Assembly (NCBI GenBank): GCA_963803805.1
Contig: CAWDOD010000003.1
Coordinates: 32,001 to 96,000 of the forward strand
Length of the DNA: 64,000 nt
Direction: 5' to 3'
From: an uncultured cyanobacterium
GTDB taxonomy: Bacteria; Cyanobacteriota; Cyanobacteriia; Cyanobacteriales; CAWCAG01
In this document: in pieces, positions 39,036-50,681 of the stretch
Layout: each line of letters starts with the position of its first letter
Position numbering within the stretch: position 1 is the first letter of the stretch
Program-made: the position numbers and the translations under genes
Notes under the pieces: model-generated
What the model was told of the DNA's origin: nothing
Database searches by the model: none
What the model saw: only the letters and a program-made list of their open reading frames with translations

Positions 39036-40274
39036 TTATGAGCGACTATACATCCTCTCCAAACTAATAGCAATCACAGCGACAGTAACCAACAAAACTC
39101 CCCAAACTTGCTTACCTAAACCTTGTCCTAAAACAAACCACCCCAAACAAGCAGTTAAACCAGGATTTATTGCCCCAATAATTGAAGAATGCCCTGCCTT
39201 AATAAAACGAATACTAACGTTGCTTAAAAGATAGCTGAGTAAGGTTAGCATCCCTAACAACAAACCACTAAAAATTAGTTTCCTCCATATTTCTGTTGTA
39301 ATACTAAATTGACTATCAAAAGGCAGAATAATTAGTAAAGCCAAAAAAGAAAAAATCAATATGCTAATGAAATTAAGTACACTGAATGGTACAGGGTGTA
39401 GTTTCCTACTACAGAGTTGAGTTAAAACAATATAAATAGCAAAAGTAATACCCGAACTAATAGCGGCGGTTACACCCAACCAAGAAACATCAACCTCTCC
39501 TTGTTTCCCTAAAAATAGAGTTAACAAAAGCCCTACTATCGCAACTACCATAACTACAGTACGAATTTTATTCGGAGGTTCCCTGAATAAAAACCAACCA
39601 AACAAAATAGTTGCCACAGGGAAAATAAAAAAGCTAGTTACTGCTACTCCAACGGGAAGGAAACCTAATGATAAACAAATGAGTAGTTGAGAAAGGAAAA
39701 GAAAGAAACCACTAACAAATACTTTGCTTGTCAAACCCCAATCTTGGCAATCAATTACTTTTTTAATAACTTGCCAACTTGGAGGATAAATAAAACGGGA
39801 AAGTACAAATAGTAAGGGGACTACTACCAACATTCTTAACCATAGAATTAACAGAGAATGTTCTATTGTTGGATTAATATATCCTCCTGTGGCAAATCTA
39901 CCAAAAAGAGAGGATGGATTGAGAATAATAGCAATTACTATATTTTGGCAGGATAAACATAAGGTAGATAAGAAAGCTAGTAAGAAACCTAGTTGGATCA
40001 GGAATGAATTCTGAGGCTGAGGTTTGCCTGGAGGAGTTATGACTTCTTCTTGTGATGTAGTTTCTACTTGTTCTACTGTTGTTTTGTGCTTTTGTAATTC
40101 AAGCTGTTTGATTTCTGCTAACAAGCAAGCTTTCTTTTCCTCAAGTTGTGTAATTTCTTCGTATAAAGGTTGAATCAACTCTTTTCTAAGTTCATCTATT
40201 TCTGCGTTTAAATCTTCAAGATAGCTTTGCCCCTTCTCCAGTTCTCGATCCGGTTGATTATCTTGTTGCACCAT
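39036..40274 (-). CDS. EamA/DMT family transporter with N-terminal coiled coil
   Basis: About ten TM segments in two repeats; coiled-coil N-terminus. Confidence 0.8.
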   Translation of the reverse strand: MVQQDNQPDRELEKGQSYLEDLNAEIDELRKELIQPLYEEITQLEEKKACLLAEIKQLELQKHKTTVEQVETTSQEEVITPPGKPQPQNSFLIQLGFLLAFLSTLCLSCQNIVIAIILNPSSLFGRFATGGYINPTIEHSLLILWLRMLVVVPLLFVLSRFIYPPSWQVIKKVIDCQDWGLTSKVFVSGFFLFLSQLLICLSLGFLPVGVAVTSFFIFPVATILFGWFLFREPPNKIRTVVMVVAIVGLLLTLFLGKQGEVDVSWLGVTAAISSGITFAIYIVLTQLCSRKLHPVPFSVLNFISILIFSFLALLIILPFDSQFSITTEIWRKLIFSGLLLGMLTLLSYLLSNVSIRFIKAGHSSIIGAINPGLTACLGWFVLGQGLGKQVWGVLLVTVAVIAISLERMYSRS

Positions 40275-40343
40275 TATTTATAACCGAACGATTTTTAGTT
40301 AAAATAAGCTGTAACTCTTTCCTCTTAACTGTTCCCTATTCCC

Positions 40344-41216
40344 TTAGCCATCAACATCAAAAGGAGGCAGTTTAGGATAACTTAGATTATGTTTATTGAA
40401 AGCCCGCTTCGCTCTTTTAATCAAATCTGTTTTATAAATAAACTCTTCCCTAGCATCCATAGGATAACTTTTAAGTTCAAAGCGCGTTGCCCAAGCTTTC
40501 TCTTCTACTAAAACTAAAATTGGCAACTTTAATTGAGTGTATTTGCTAGTGTAGGCAACTCGATACAAAATCCCCATCACTAACTGTACATCAACATAAA
40601 AATCTAAATAAAAATGTGTTACTACCTGGGCTTCTAACTGTCCGGCATTCGCATTAGAAATAGGTTCAGTCCAAATCTTATTGTGGGGAATAGTCACCAT
40701 ATTATCTTCAGGAGTTTGTAAACGTAAGCCCCTTAAACCATAACTAATAATCTCCCCGTAATGTTCCCCAATTTGAATGCGATCGCCGACTTGATAAGGA
40801 GCTTCAAATAAACCAATTAAACCAGCAATAACGGAACTAGCATAATCTTTAAAAGCAAAACCTAAAGCCACAGCTATAGTGCCAGTTAGGGCTAAAAGGT
40901 TGTTACGGGAAAGATTAAAAAATAGGTTCATCAGCATCGAAATAGTCACTACAAATATCACCATCCGCCAAAAAGGAAGAGACTGTTTGATACGCAAACG
41001 CCATTCGCGATCCACTTGTTCAGAAAACCAATTAATTACCTTATCAATAATAAAAATTAAGCCATAGGCAAGAATTAAGATCAGCAAGGCTTGAGCAATT
41101 TTGCCAGTGGTAATCTCAGCAATCAACTCTTTTGCATTATCTGCGGTTTCTTTAGCTGTATCTTGAGTTGATTGGGCAAAAAGAAAACTATTAAAAGGAA
41201 GATTCATTTTTAACAA
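40344..41216 (-). CDS. MscS family mechanosensitive channel
   Basis: ALGFAFKD..SVIAG, PYQVGDRIQIG..GEI, VTIPHN. Confidence 0.9.
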   Translation of the reverse strand: MLKMNLPFNSFLFAQSTQDTAKETADNAKELIAEITTGKIAQALLILILAYGLIFIIDKVINWFSEQVDREWRLRIKQSLPFWRMVIFVVTISMLMNLFFNLSRNNLLALTGTIAVALGFAFKDYASSVIAGLIGLFEAPYQVGDRIQIGEHYGEIISYGLRGLRLQTPEDNMVTIPHNKIWTEPISNANAGQLEAQVVTHFYLDFYVDVQLVMGILYRVAYTSKYTQLKLPILVLVEEKAWATRFELKSYPMDAREEFIYKTDLIKRAKRAFNKHNLSYPKLPPFDVDG

Positions 41217-41219
41217 GTA

Positions 41220-42206
41220 CTAATTTGCTTCAACTAACTGAGAAGGAGTAACATCAAAAACCACTTTAAAAGGTTGCTTGATTTCGTTTTCCAAAAATGT
41301 TTCTACTTGCTTAACTTCCTCTGGATTAATACCTTTTTCTGCCCGAACTAATAATTTCAAAGAAGGAGGTTTATCTCTCCACACAACTTCCGAATCAGTA
41401 ATAATAATATCTGTCCTGTTAATCAACGAATCACTGGTCAGAATACGCCTAATCGAAGCTTCAGCCTGAGTTTGCCGGGTTAACTTCCAGAAACTTGCCC
41501 CTAAAGGAATAATCAGCATAACAATTAAGGCAAAAGAAACTCCCCAAGATAGAGTTCTTGTTAACTCGTTGCTGCGGGCATAACCACTCAGTACATAAAC
41601 AGCTATACAAGCCAAGTTAATGCCAATTAAGTTAGTGATGTAAAGTAAAGCTGCACCCCCAGCAGCCCCCCAGTTTCCTTGAGACAAGCACAAACCAACA
41701 ACACATAGAGGAGGCATCAAAGCAACAGCAATAGCAGTTCCGGGGATAGCATCTCCCATTGCCGGACGAATCTTCGCATAACCACTCACTCCCCCGGCGG
41801 TAACCGCAATGAGTAAGTCAATTAAAGTAGGCTGAGTACGAGAAAGAACTTCTGATCCAAATTCCGGCAGATCAATAACTAAACCCACTAATCCAGAACA
41901 GATTAAAGCTAATCCTGTCCCTATGGCAATAGAAATAGTACTATAGCGGAGTAACTTTAGATCTCCTTCTAAGGTAGCGAAAGAAAAACCCCGTAAAGGT
42001 AACATCAAAGGTGCAATAATCATCGCCCCAATGATTACCGCCGCACTATTAATCAATAAGCCAAAAGTGGCAATTAAACAAGAACTAACAATTAGGACAA
42101 CATAGTTTTTGGTTGGTTTAGAGTCTTTTGTGAGGGAGTCTTGAAGTTGCAGAATCGGAATAGCACCCAATCCGAGATTTTTTACCAGTTGCCATTTTTG
42201 TTGCAT
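41220..42206 (-). CDS. DUF389 family membrane protein
   Basis: SAAVIIGAMIIAPLMLP, SRTQPTLIDL, GTAIAVALMPPL. Confidence 0.9.
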   Translation of the reverse strand: MQQKWQLVKNLGLGAIPILQLQDSLTKDSKPTKNYVVLIVSSCLIATFGLLINSAAVIIGAMIIAPLMLPLRGFSFATLEGDLKLLRYSTISIAIGTGLALICSGLVGLVIDLPEFGSEVLSRTQPTLIDLLIAVTAGGVSGYAKIRPAMGDAIPGTAIAVALMPPLCVVGLCLSQGNWGAAGGAALLYITNLIGINLACIAVYVLSGYARSNELTRTLSWGVSFALIVMLIIPLGASFWKLTRQTQAEASIRRILTSDSLINRTDIIITDSEVVWRDKPPSLKLLVRAEKGINPEEVKQVETFLENEIKQPFKVVFDVTPSQLVEAN

Positions 42207-42377
42207 GACAATTTAATAAGTATAGGAATTATCTCTATTTAGGTTATCATCGAACCCACATTCCACAGGTTGGCAAGGCTAATAAATAATATTAAGGCTA
42301 ATTCTTCGCCTCGGTTTGTGGTAGCCAGTGTGTTACCAGAAATAGTAGTATTGCTAATGGTGCTTCTAGCGTAAGAT

Positions 42378-43322
42378 TCAAGTTGTATGGGATGGTCTTC
42401 GTCTGGGAGGCCTTTGCTGTCCTGGTGGGGAACCAGGAGGTCTTCTTTGCAGTAAATTAGAAGCAACACTACCCCGGAAGCAGCCTATGGTATAGGGGTA
42501 CTCTTTAGTGAAGTGATAGTGATACATCGAGACTGTTTTGCCATCTAGAACAATATTGTGGGTGTGTCCGTGGCATTCATCAAGGTCGTTGTTGGTAACA
42601 GCAACCCCCCCTTCACCCTTGGGCCCGAAGATGGGGAAACCATCAAGCATAAACCCAGCAATATCGCTATGACCTCCTGCATCACCAGATTTATCGGGTA
42701 TACAATCGGACCAGTCATGGTAGTGGTAGGTTCCTCCCCTTTCTGGGTGGGCGTTGCAATGGTCTTGAATTTCATAAGCAGGCGCATCTCGCCCTCCATT
42801 ATCAAAAGCATTGAAAATTGCTGCCCCTGTGAGAGAATAGCCAATCAGTCCCAAGGGTATACAGGTTGGTGTTGCTGCTACTGTAGGTCTAGCTGGTAAT
42901 TTTAAGACGAGGCTTTGTTCCTGAATAGAATTGGGATTGCGATCGTATTTATATGCTTCAGTCCCCGGCTGAATGGGAAACTTACCAGTTGAATGCCTAG
43001 GTAATTTATTAGAACGAAAAACGCGATCATTTCCCTCTACAGAAACCGAAGTTAAGGCATTAGGCCAGTTAACATTCCCTTCAACAACGGGCTTTTCTTC
43101 CGGATACCAATAGCCATTCCTGACCCACTCCCCAACTCGATGGGCCCCTCCTCTACCAGGAAACCTAGAATTGCAAGCCATAACACTACCACGTTTAGGC
43201 TGGTTGCTAATCTTCCCATCTCCGAGGGGAAAAGCCGCACTACTATTACCATTAGCCAAGACTGGCGAGAAAATCAATAGTAGCAGCAGAGTCGCCATAA
43301 ATAGCAGCAGTATTTTGCGCAT
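42378..43322 (-). CDS. YHYH domain protein
   Basis: DHCNAHP..GTYHYH, GFMLDGFPIFGP, LDECHGH, YHYHFT..YPYTIGCF. Confidence 0.9.
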   Translation of the reverse strand: MRKILLLFMATLLLLLIFSPVLANGNSSAAFPLGDGKISNQPKRGSVMACNSRFPGRGGAHRVGEWVRNGYWYPEEKPVVEGNVNWPNALTSVSVEGNDRVFRSNKLPRHSTGKFPIQPGTEAYKYDRNPNSIQEQSLVLKLPARPTVAATPTCIPLGLIGYSLTGAAIFNAFDNGGRDAPAYEIQDHCNAHPERGGTYHYHDWSDCIPDKSGDAGGHSDIAGFMLDGFPIFGPKGEGGVAVTNNDLDECHGHTHNIVLDGKTVSMYHYHFTKEYPYTIGCFRGSVASNLLQRRPPGSPPGQQRPPRRRPSHTT

Positions 43323-43674
43323 TTTTTGTCCCCAAAGATTGCTTTGCTTACAGCTTAAGCGACCTTATTAAGAGGGAGCATGATACTATTTTCCTAAAAT
43401 GAATAGTCCTAAAGTACCTTTTGCTGTTAGTACCTAGGAACTATATATAGCAATACTAAGAGTGAGATGTAAAAAAATCCTTGGGTTTTAGGGAACAAGG
43501 TTTCTCCTTACAAAGACGCTGCGTATTTGCGGAGCATTGTGTTTAGACTACGGGTTAGCCTTGCCGTGTTTGCTACAGGCAATAGTGGAGTTTCCAATTC
43601 AATGGGAATCTCTATAGACAGCTTCTTGGATTGTTTCCTCTCCTAGCAGGAGAGGGCTAGGGAAAGGTGAGCAG

Positions 43675-45329
43675 CTACATGGGACAATGCAACTCTCCTG
43701 CAACCTTAGATAAACGCAGGTTTTCTTTATAATCCACAGGACAATCTATCACTGAAGGAACATCTTGTTCTAAAGCGGTTTTTAAAGTAGGAATCAAATC
43801 TTGGGCTGCTTCAACGCGATAACCTTTCAAACCCATACTTTCAGCAAATTTAACAAAATCAGGATTGCCAAAATCCACAAAAGCTGACTTACCAAATTGG
43901 TTGATTTGTTTCCATTCAATTAAACCGTAAGCATTATCGTTGAAAATTAAAGTTACAAAAGGAGTACCTACCCGCAAGGCTGTTTCTAATTCTTGGCAGT
44001 TCATCATAAAACCACCATCCCCTGTTACCGCAACTACCTTTTTATGGGGATGCACTAACTTGGCTGCTAAAGCCCCAGGAATAGCAATACCCATAGCTGC
44101 AAAGCCGTTAGAAATAATACAAGTATTGGGGCGATCGCCGTGGTAATGTCTAGCCATCCACATTTTATGGGCCCCAACATCGCTAATAACAATATCTTCT
44201 GGCCCCATTACCTGCCGGAGATCGTAAATAATTTTTTGGGGTTTGACAGGAAATCCTTCATCGTTGGCGTAGCGTTCGTATTCTTCACGAATTTCTACCC
44301 GCAACTCCCCTGCTTCTGGGGTAGGTTTACCTTGGCGATCTGCACGCTTAACAATATTATCAAGGGAATCAGCAATATCCCCCACAATCTCTACTAAGGG
44401 AATATAGCTACTATCAATCTCTGCTGGAGTTGCGCCAACATGGATAATGGGAATATCCCCTTCTGGGTTCCATTTCTTCGGGGAATATTCAATTAAGTCA
44501 TAGCCAATGGCAATTACCAGATCAGTTTTATCAAAGGCACAGCTAATGCGATCCCTCTGTTGCAAACCAATTGTCCAAAGGGCTAGGGGGTGGGTGTAAG
44601 GAATGATTCCTTTGCCCATAAAGGTATTAACAACAGGGATATTTAAGGTAGTGGCAAACTCCGTTAAGGCTTCTGCAGCATCAGCCCTAATGGTACCGTT
44701 ACCCACTAAGATAAGAGGATTCTTAGCTTTAGAAATAGATTCAGCAGCAATGTTGAAACTACGAAAGGAAGCGTAGGTAGTTTCCCTGCTATCTTTGTTG
44801 AGGGGAGTTGTATTTGCCACAGGCATTGCCGCAATATTTTCTGGCAAATCGATATGAACAGCCCCTGGTTTTTCTGCTTGGGCAATTTTAAAAGCTTTAC
44901 GGATGATTTCTGAAGTGTTGCTAGGGCGAACTATTTGAGTATTCCATTTAGTAACAGGGGAGAACATGGCTACTAAATCGAGATATTGATGAGACTCAAT
45001 GTGCATCCGATCAGTCCCTACCTGGCCAGTAATAGCTACCAAGGGGCCCCATCAAGATTGGCATCAGCTACCCCCGTCATTAGGTTAGTCGCACCAGGGC
45101 CAAGGGTAGAAAGGCAAACTCCAGCTTTGCCCGTTAACCGACCATAAACATCAGCCATGAAGGCTGCCCCTTGTTCGTGGCGGGTAGTAATGAATTTAAT
45201 TGAGGAATTTCTCAGGGCTTCTAGGATATGTAGATTTTCCTCTCCTGGTAGCCCAAAAACATATTCCACTTCTTCATTTTCTAGGCATTTAACTAATAGT
45301 TCCGCCGCATTCATTTCCCCCATTACCAT
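43675..45329 (-). pseudogene. ThDP-dependent acetolactate-synthase-like enzyme, probably 2-oxoglutarate decarboxylase; 1-nt frameshift near 45045
   Basis: FGLPGEENL, RHEQGAAFMAD, GDGGFMM..NDNAYG; LDGAP[L]VAITGQ restored by one C in a C-run; clustered with SSADH. Confidence 0.8.
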
Positions 45330-45574
45330 CTCCCCTAAGACTGATGTTTAAATGATCTTTTTATTGTTTTCTGCTTGCTATTACGAAAATTTTCCCTAAC
45401 TTAACAGCTAAGGAAAATTTTCAGCGCAATGTTAATTTACCCTTTTTAACATAAGTTATGCCGAATTTGGTTCACAAATAAGTCTTTATGAACCGGCGTT
45501 GATAATTGAACGTATGAAATAGAAGATGTTTAAAGTTAGTAGCTATTGGCTGTTAGCTGTTAGCTTTCCGCAAT

Positions 45575-46925
45575 CTAAAACAAAAAGCAAACAGCAATAT
45601 ATAAAGCTGCAACTACAAGCTGTACCAACATTACAGGGATACCGTATTTTAGAAATCTGCCAAAACCAAGGCGACCACCATGGAGTTCAGCAACTCCTGC
45701 TGCGACAATATTAGAGGATGCACCCATCAAAGTACCATTACCCCCTAATGTCGCTCCAAACATCATCGCATAAAACAGAGGTAGCACTTCTGGGGGTAGT
45801 TGTCCTGTGAAATCAGGGTTCAATACTTCTGCCCCGACTAAACCGACATTAACTAAATACTGCTTCAGTAAGGGAACCATCGCCACTACTAAAGGAATAT
45901 TCGGTACTATACTAGACAACAAACCCACCAAAATTAGTAATACTATCGAACCTAAAGCAATATTCTTACCTAGAATAACCGCCAAAATGCTAGAAATACT
46001 ATTTAATACTCCGGTTTTTTCTAGTCCGCCAATGAGAACAAAAGTAGACATAAAAAACAATAGAGTACTCCAGTCAACGTCTTTGAAAATATTGTTAACC
46101 GTATCAATTTTACTTCTATCCGCTAGAAATAAAGCTACTGCTGCCCCCAACAAAGCCACAGCAGCAGGAGGAATAGGTGTAGGTAGAGAGTCACCAATAA
46201 CAAAAAAGGTTAGCACGAGGATAATTAATAATCCCCCTAACATCAATACTCTAGGATGATTGATTTTTGGCTCAGGTAAACTACTCACATCTGCTAGTTT
46301 CTTGTGCCAAATATTACGAAACAACCAAGGAGCCATAATTAAAATCGAACCAACGGCGATCGCCCCACCTAAGCTTAATTTCATTAAGTAGTCGTTGAAG
46401 CTTAAGTTAACTGCATCTCCCACAATAAAAGTGGCAGGATCTCCTACTAAAGTTAATAACCCTGCGCTGTTAGCTACAAATACCATCAAAATTAATAACG
46501 GGACAAAATCTATGCCAATTTCTCCAGCAATAGGGGGAATCAGAGGAGCAAGCAACATGACTGTTGTCGCATTAGGCAGTACCGCACAAATTGGGGTAGT
46601 AATCGCAATTACTCCCAACACTAAACGCTTCCCTTCTCCTTTAGCGAGAACGACCATTTGCGTAGCTAAATAGGCAAAAATATTAGTCGGCTCAAAAGCT
46701 CTCACTAAGAATCATTACCCCTAAAAATAAAGCCAGAGTAGCATAACTTTGACTAATATATTCGACCGCCTCGTTGAGGGTCATCACATGGGCGAAAACT
46801 AATACTAATGCTCCTAAAAAAGCAGCAACAGTTAGGTGTAGTCTTTCTGTTAGGATAGCTATAGTTACTACCGTAAAAGTAACAGCAGCTATCATTGCTG
46901 GAAGATTTGTCAAACTCATTCCCAT
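45575..46925 (-). pseudogene. ArsB/NhaD/SLC13-type ion transporter; 1-nt frameshift near 46708
   Basis: LPNATT, LTLVGDP, DWSTLLFF, NIP, LGGNGTLMGASSNIV; GVMI|LVRAFEP joins if one base is removed. Confidence 0.8.
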
Positions 46926-47104
46926 AATTGTTCCCCTGTTGTTTAGCTATTAGCTGTTCATCAAATTGGTGTAGTTGATGAGGTGTTTACCCTCAAATCA
47001 CCAATTTAAAAATCAATTAAAGCAATTACGCTTTAAACGTAGAGAGCAGCAAGAAACTAAGGATTGTGAGAAAAACAATAATAGGATAAATATTGCTTTA
47101 AACA

Positions 47105-47255
47105 CTCACCTCTCAATGCCGACGAAGTTAGCTGACGGGCTAGGACTAAGAGGTGTCCTTTTAGAAGAAATGTTTTCTCCCAAATACGCCCCAATAAGTG
47201 GTTCCTCCGCTCCTAAAATCTGATCTTTTCCCTACGCAAGATTCAGACAGTTGGA
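47105..47255 (-). promoter_or_regulatory. c-di-AMP (ydaO/yuaA) riboswitch
   Basis: Minus strand CTGAATC...GGAGGAACCACTTATTGGGGCGTAT...CCTAGCCCGTCAGCTAACTTCGTCGGC matches the ydaO consensus motifs; lies 5' of the transporter. Confidence 0.88.
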
Positions 47256-47422
47256 TTAGGCTAAGCTAGTGTTAATAATCTATTTGACTATTTTTTCTTC
47301 CTTTTAAAAATTTGTCATATATCTTTGGATATATAGCAATCTTGCTTAAGATGTGGTAAGCAATTCAGTTTGGTTGCATAGCTATGGTTAAACTGTGAGG
47401 ATAGCTAACAGCTAACAGCTTT

Positions 47423-48793
47423 TTATTCCTTAACCCAAACTGTTTTAATATTGACAAATTCCCGAATCCCTTCAACACTCAATTCTCGACCATAGCCAGA
47501 ACGTTTAATACCACCAAAGGGAAGACGGGGATCAGATTTAACAAAGCCGTTGATAAAAACAGCCCCCGCTTCGAGTTCGTTAATTAAGAGATTCCACTCA
47601 GCACTATTCTTCGTCCAGGCACTAGCCCCCAAGCCTAAAGGAGTTGAGTTAGCTAATTTAATAGCAGAGTCAATATCCTTAACCTTAAATAGTAAAGCCA
47701 CAGGACCAAAAAACTCTTCGGTATCGGCTGGAGTGCCAGGGGGAATAGCAGTGATCAGGGTTGGAGGATAGAAGTTACCCGGTTTATCAGCTATGGGCTT
47801 GCCACCAATGAGAATTTTAGCTCCTTTGTTAGCACAGGCTTGGACTAGCTGGTCTAATTCTGTCAAAATACTAGGGGTAGCTAAGGGGCCAATATCGGTG
47901 TCTTCTTGGAAAGGATCACCTATTTTCAAACTTTTAAATTTAGCTAACAATCTTTCTTCAAATTCTGCGGCGATCGCCTCATGGAGAATAAAGCGTTTAG
48001 CAGCGATGCAAGATTGACCATTATTTAACATCCTCGCTGTTACAGCAGCTTCTACTGCTGCGTCGAGATCAGCACTTTCAAGGACGATAAAAGGGTCACT
48101 TCCCCCTAATTCTAAAACCGTCTTCTTAATATGTTTCCCCGCCGCCGCCGCTAAACTAGCCCCCGCAGCTTCGCTTCCGGTTAAGGTGGCTGCCTTGACT
48201 CTCTCATCACTAATAATTGCTTCTACTTGATTTGAACCCACCAAAAGAGTTTGGAATACTCCCGGTGGAAAACCGGCTTCAGTAATAATCTCTTCAATAG
48301 CTAAGGCACACTGAGGGACATTAGAAGCGTGTTTGAGTAAACCCACATTTCCCGCCATTAAAGCTGGGGCAGCGAAGCGAAATACCTGCCAAAAAGGGAA
48401 ATTCCAAGGCATCACTGCCAGAATTGTCCCCAAGGGTTGGTAGCGAACAAAACTACGGGTTGCATCGGTAGCAGCAGGTTCATCAGCGAGAAATTCCTCG
48501 GCTTTTTCACTATAGTAGCGACAAACCAAAGCACATTTATTCGCTTCGGCGATCGCACTTTTGAGAGTTTTGCCCATTTCTGTGGTCATAATTTTGGCAA
48601 ACTCTGCACTCCTATCTATCAAAATATCTGCCGCTTTATTTAACCACTCTTGACGCTGAGCCATGGTGGTTTGGCGATAATTAAGGAAAGTTTCCTGTGC
48701 TAAGGCTAATTTCTGTTCAATTTCTTCGGTAGTTAAGGCAGTAAATGCCTTAAGTGTTTCTCCCGTAGCTGGATTAACTGTTGCGATGCCCAT
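47423..48793 (-). CDS. gabD: NAD(P)-dependent succinate-semialdehyde dehydrogenase
   Basis: [52 protein letters not shown]. Confidence 0.92.
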   Translation of the reverse strand: MGIATVNPATGETLKAFTALTTEEIEQKLALAQETFLNYRQTTMAQRQEWLNKAADILIDRSAEFAKIMTTEMGKTLKSAIAEANKCALVCRYYSEKAEEFLADEPAATDATRSFVRYQPLGTILAVMPWNFPFWQVFRFAAPALMAGNVGLLKHASNVPQCALAIEEIITEAGFPPGVFQTLLVGSNQVEAIISDERVKAATLTGSEAAGASLAAAAGKHIKKTVLELGGSDPFIVLESADLDAAVEAAVTARMLNNGQSCIAAKRFILHEAIAAEFEERLLAKFKSLKIGDPFQEDTDIGPLATPSILTELDQLVQACANKGAKILIGGKPIADKPGNFYPPTLITAIPPGTPADTEEFFGPVALLFKVKDIDSAIKLANSTPLGLGASAWTKNSAEWNLLINELEAGAVFINGFVKSDPRLPFGGIKRSGYGRELSVEGIREFVNIKTVWVKE

Positions 48794-48959
48794 GTTCCCT
48801 CCTTGTTTTCAATCCAGAGGCTTTCTATACTTCATAACTTCACTCTAACTCTATTGTTAACTTCTTAAACAATTAATTTCCCAGCGTTGCACCCTTAATT
48901 AGGACTTACGCCTTGACGTGGTGATAAAATTCAGGACTTACGCACCCAGATAAGTATAA

Positions 48960-49838
48960 ATGTCTGAAACAAATATTACCTTAGAGCCAGGGACTTTATG
49001 GCCTAAAGTTATACAACAAACAGATCATGCCCTTAAAAGCGGCGCACTTCATTCTTTGCCTACAGAGTATGAGTTAATTGAGCAAGATGGGGTAACTTTT
49101 TTGGTTCGCATTCTGGCTAATCTTGCCCATAAAGATCAAGCTAAACAGCGACAGAAGCAAAAATCTCCTTCGGAGCAAGATTTTAATCCTTTTCTTCCCT
49201 ACGAAGAAGATTTATTCGTGGCTGATATTTCTGATACCCATTTATGTTTACTGAATAAATTCAATGTGGTTGATTATCACATTCTGATAGTAACGCGGCA
49301 GTTTGAAGCTCAGGAAAATCTCCTTACTCAACAAGATTTTGTCGCTATGCAAGCTTGCTTAAAAGAAATAGATGGTTTAGCTTTTTATAATGGTGGCAAA
49401 AAAGCTGGTGCAAGTCAGGCTCATAAGCATCTACAACTGGTTCCTTTCCCTTTAATGCCAGAAAGAGAAACAATTAATTTTCCTTTAGAAACAGCTATTG
49501 CTGCGGTGCAGTGGCAAGATGCTTTAGGTCAAATACCCGCCTTTGGTTTTCCCCACGCTATTGCTAAGCTAGATTTTCTGGCCTCTAGCCAAGTAATTTG
49601 GGAATGCTATCATCATCTTCTGCAAACTTTAGATTTGCAGAAAAATCATCAACCTCAAGCTTATAATCTTCTGGCGACTCGACAGTGGTTATTAGTTGTG
49701 CCGCGATCGCAAGAAAGTTTTCAGTCTATTTCAGTTAATTCTTTAGGATTTGCTGGCTCTTTTTTTGTCCGCAATGAGCAACAAAAGCAGATTTTACAAA
49801 AATCTGGCCCCCTTCATGTTCTTAGTCAGGTTGTTTAG
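48960..49838 (+). CDS. ATP adenylyltransferase / Ap4A phosphorylase II family
   Basis: FNPFLPYE, LLNKFNVV, FYNGG..AGASQAHKHLQ, NSLGFAG. Confidence 0.88.
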   Translation: MSETNITLEPGTLWPKVIQQTDHALKSGALHSLPTEYELIEQDGVTFLVRILANLAHKDQAKQRQKQKSPSEQDFNPFLPYEEDLFVADISDTHLCLLNKFNVVDYHILIVTRQFEAQENLLTQQDFVAMQACLKEIDGLAFYNGGKKAGASQAHKHLQLVPFPLMPERETINFPLETAIAAVQWQDALGQIPAFGFPHAIAKLDFLASSQVIWECYHHLLQTLDLQKNHQPQAYNLLATRQWLLVVPRSQESFQSISVNSLGFAGSFFVRNEQQKQILQKSGPLHVLSQVV

Positions 49839-49872
49839 TGTTTCTATAAGTAATGGGTAAAGAATAAAAACT

Positions 49873-50397
49873 ATGGAAGAAATCGAAGTCAAAATTCTGG
49901 AAGTTGACCAAGTTGCCATTGAAAATAAACTGCAAGAGCTTGGGGCTACTCAATCCTTTGCCGGGGAGCTTCATGCGATTTTTTATGACTTTCCTGATGG
50001 TAATATTCGCGAGCAAAAAGATGTCTTAAGATTGCGTAAAGAGGGAGAGGAGACTGTTTTAGCTTATAAAAAGCACATTGTTCAAACAAAAGCTAAAGTT
50101 ATGGAAGAATGCGAAACTTTAGTTTCTAACTTAGATAATATGAAAATTATTTTAGAAAGATTGGGGCTAAAAGTAATTAAAGAAACTCGTAAGTTCCGTA
50201 CCGAATACATTTTAGGAAAGACAAAAATTGTCATTGATGATTATCAAGATGCTTTAGAACATATTCCTGTATTTATCGAAATTGAAGCACCAAGCATAGA
50301 GCGGATGTACGAAGTGGCTAAACTTTTAGGCTATGAGCCACAAGACTGTCACAGTTGGAATACCTACGATTTAGCTCAACATTATGGGCAAAAATAA
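49873..50397 (+). CDS. CYTH domain / class IV adenylate cyclase-like protein
   Basis: EIEVK N-terminal motif, LRLR, FIEIE. Confidence 0.85.
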   Translation: MEEIEVKILEVDQVAIENKLQELGATQSFAGELHAIFYDFPDGNIREQKDVLRLRKEGEETVLAYKKHIVQTKAKVMEECETLVSNLDNMKIILERLGLKVIKETRKFRTEYILGKTKIVIDDYQDALEHIPVFIEIEAPSIERMYEVAKLLGYEPQDCHSWNTYDLAQHYGQK

Positions 50398-50681
50398 TCA
50401 AGCTGTTAATTGTTATCCCTCTTAGGTCAGACTCCTGTTTTTCCTATTATTTGAACTTTCTGAACAAGAGCTATACTAAAGAATACAGAGTTTACTGATC
50501 TGATTTTGGTGATTTTGCTATCCACAAGAATTTTTAGTTAGAACAAAGCTTGCGATCACATAATATATATAAGCCCCAGAAATCAGAAATGACTTTTGTT
50601 TTCGGAAAGTAACAGAAGAGGGTTACTCAAAGTTCTGAGGAAAAAGCTTAACATTTTGAGAAAAATACTTGAGTTCATACA

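Noticed and set aside
43441-43618. Possible TATAG-ended MITE between the YHYH and ALS-like genes
   Set aside because: The ends are only weakly complementary and I could not define a TSD.
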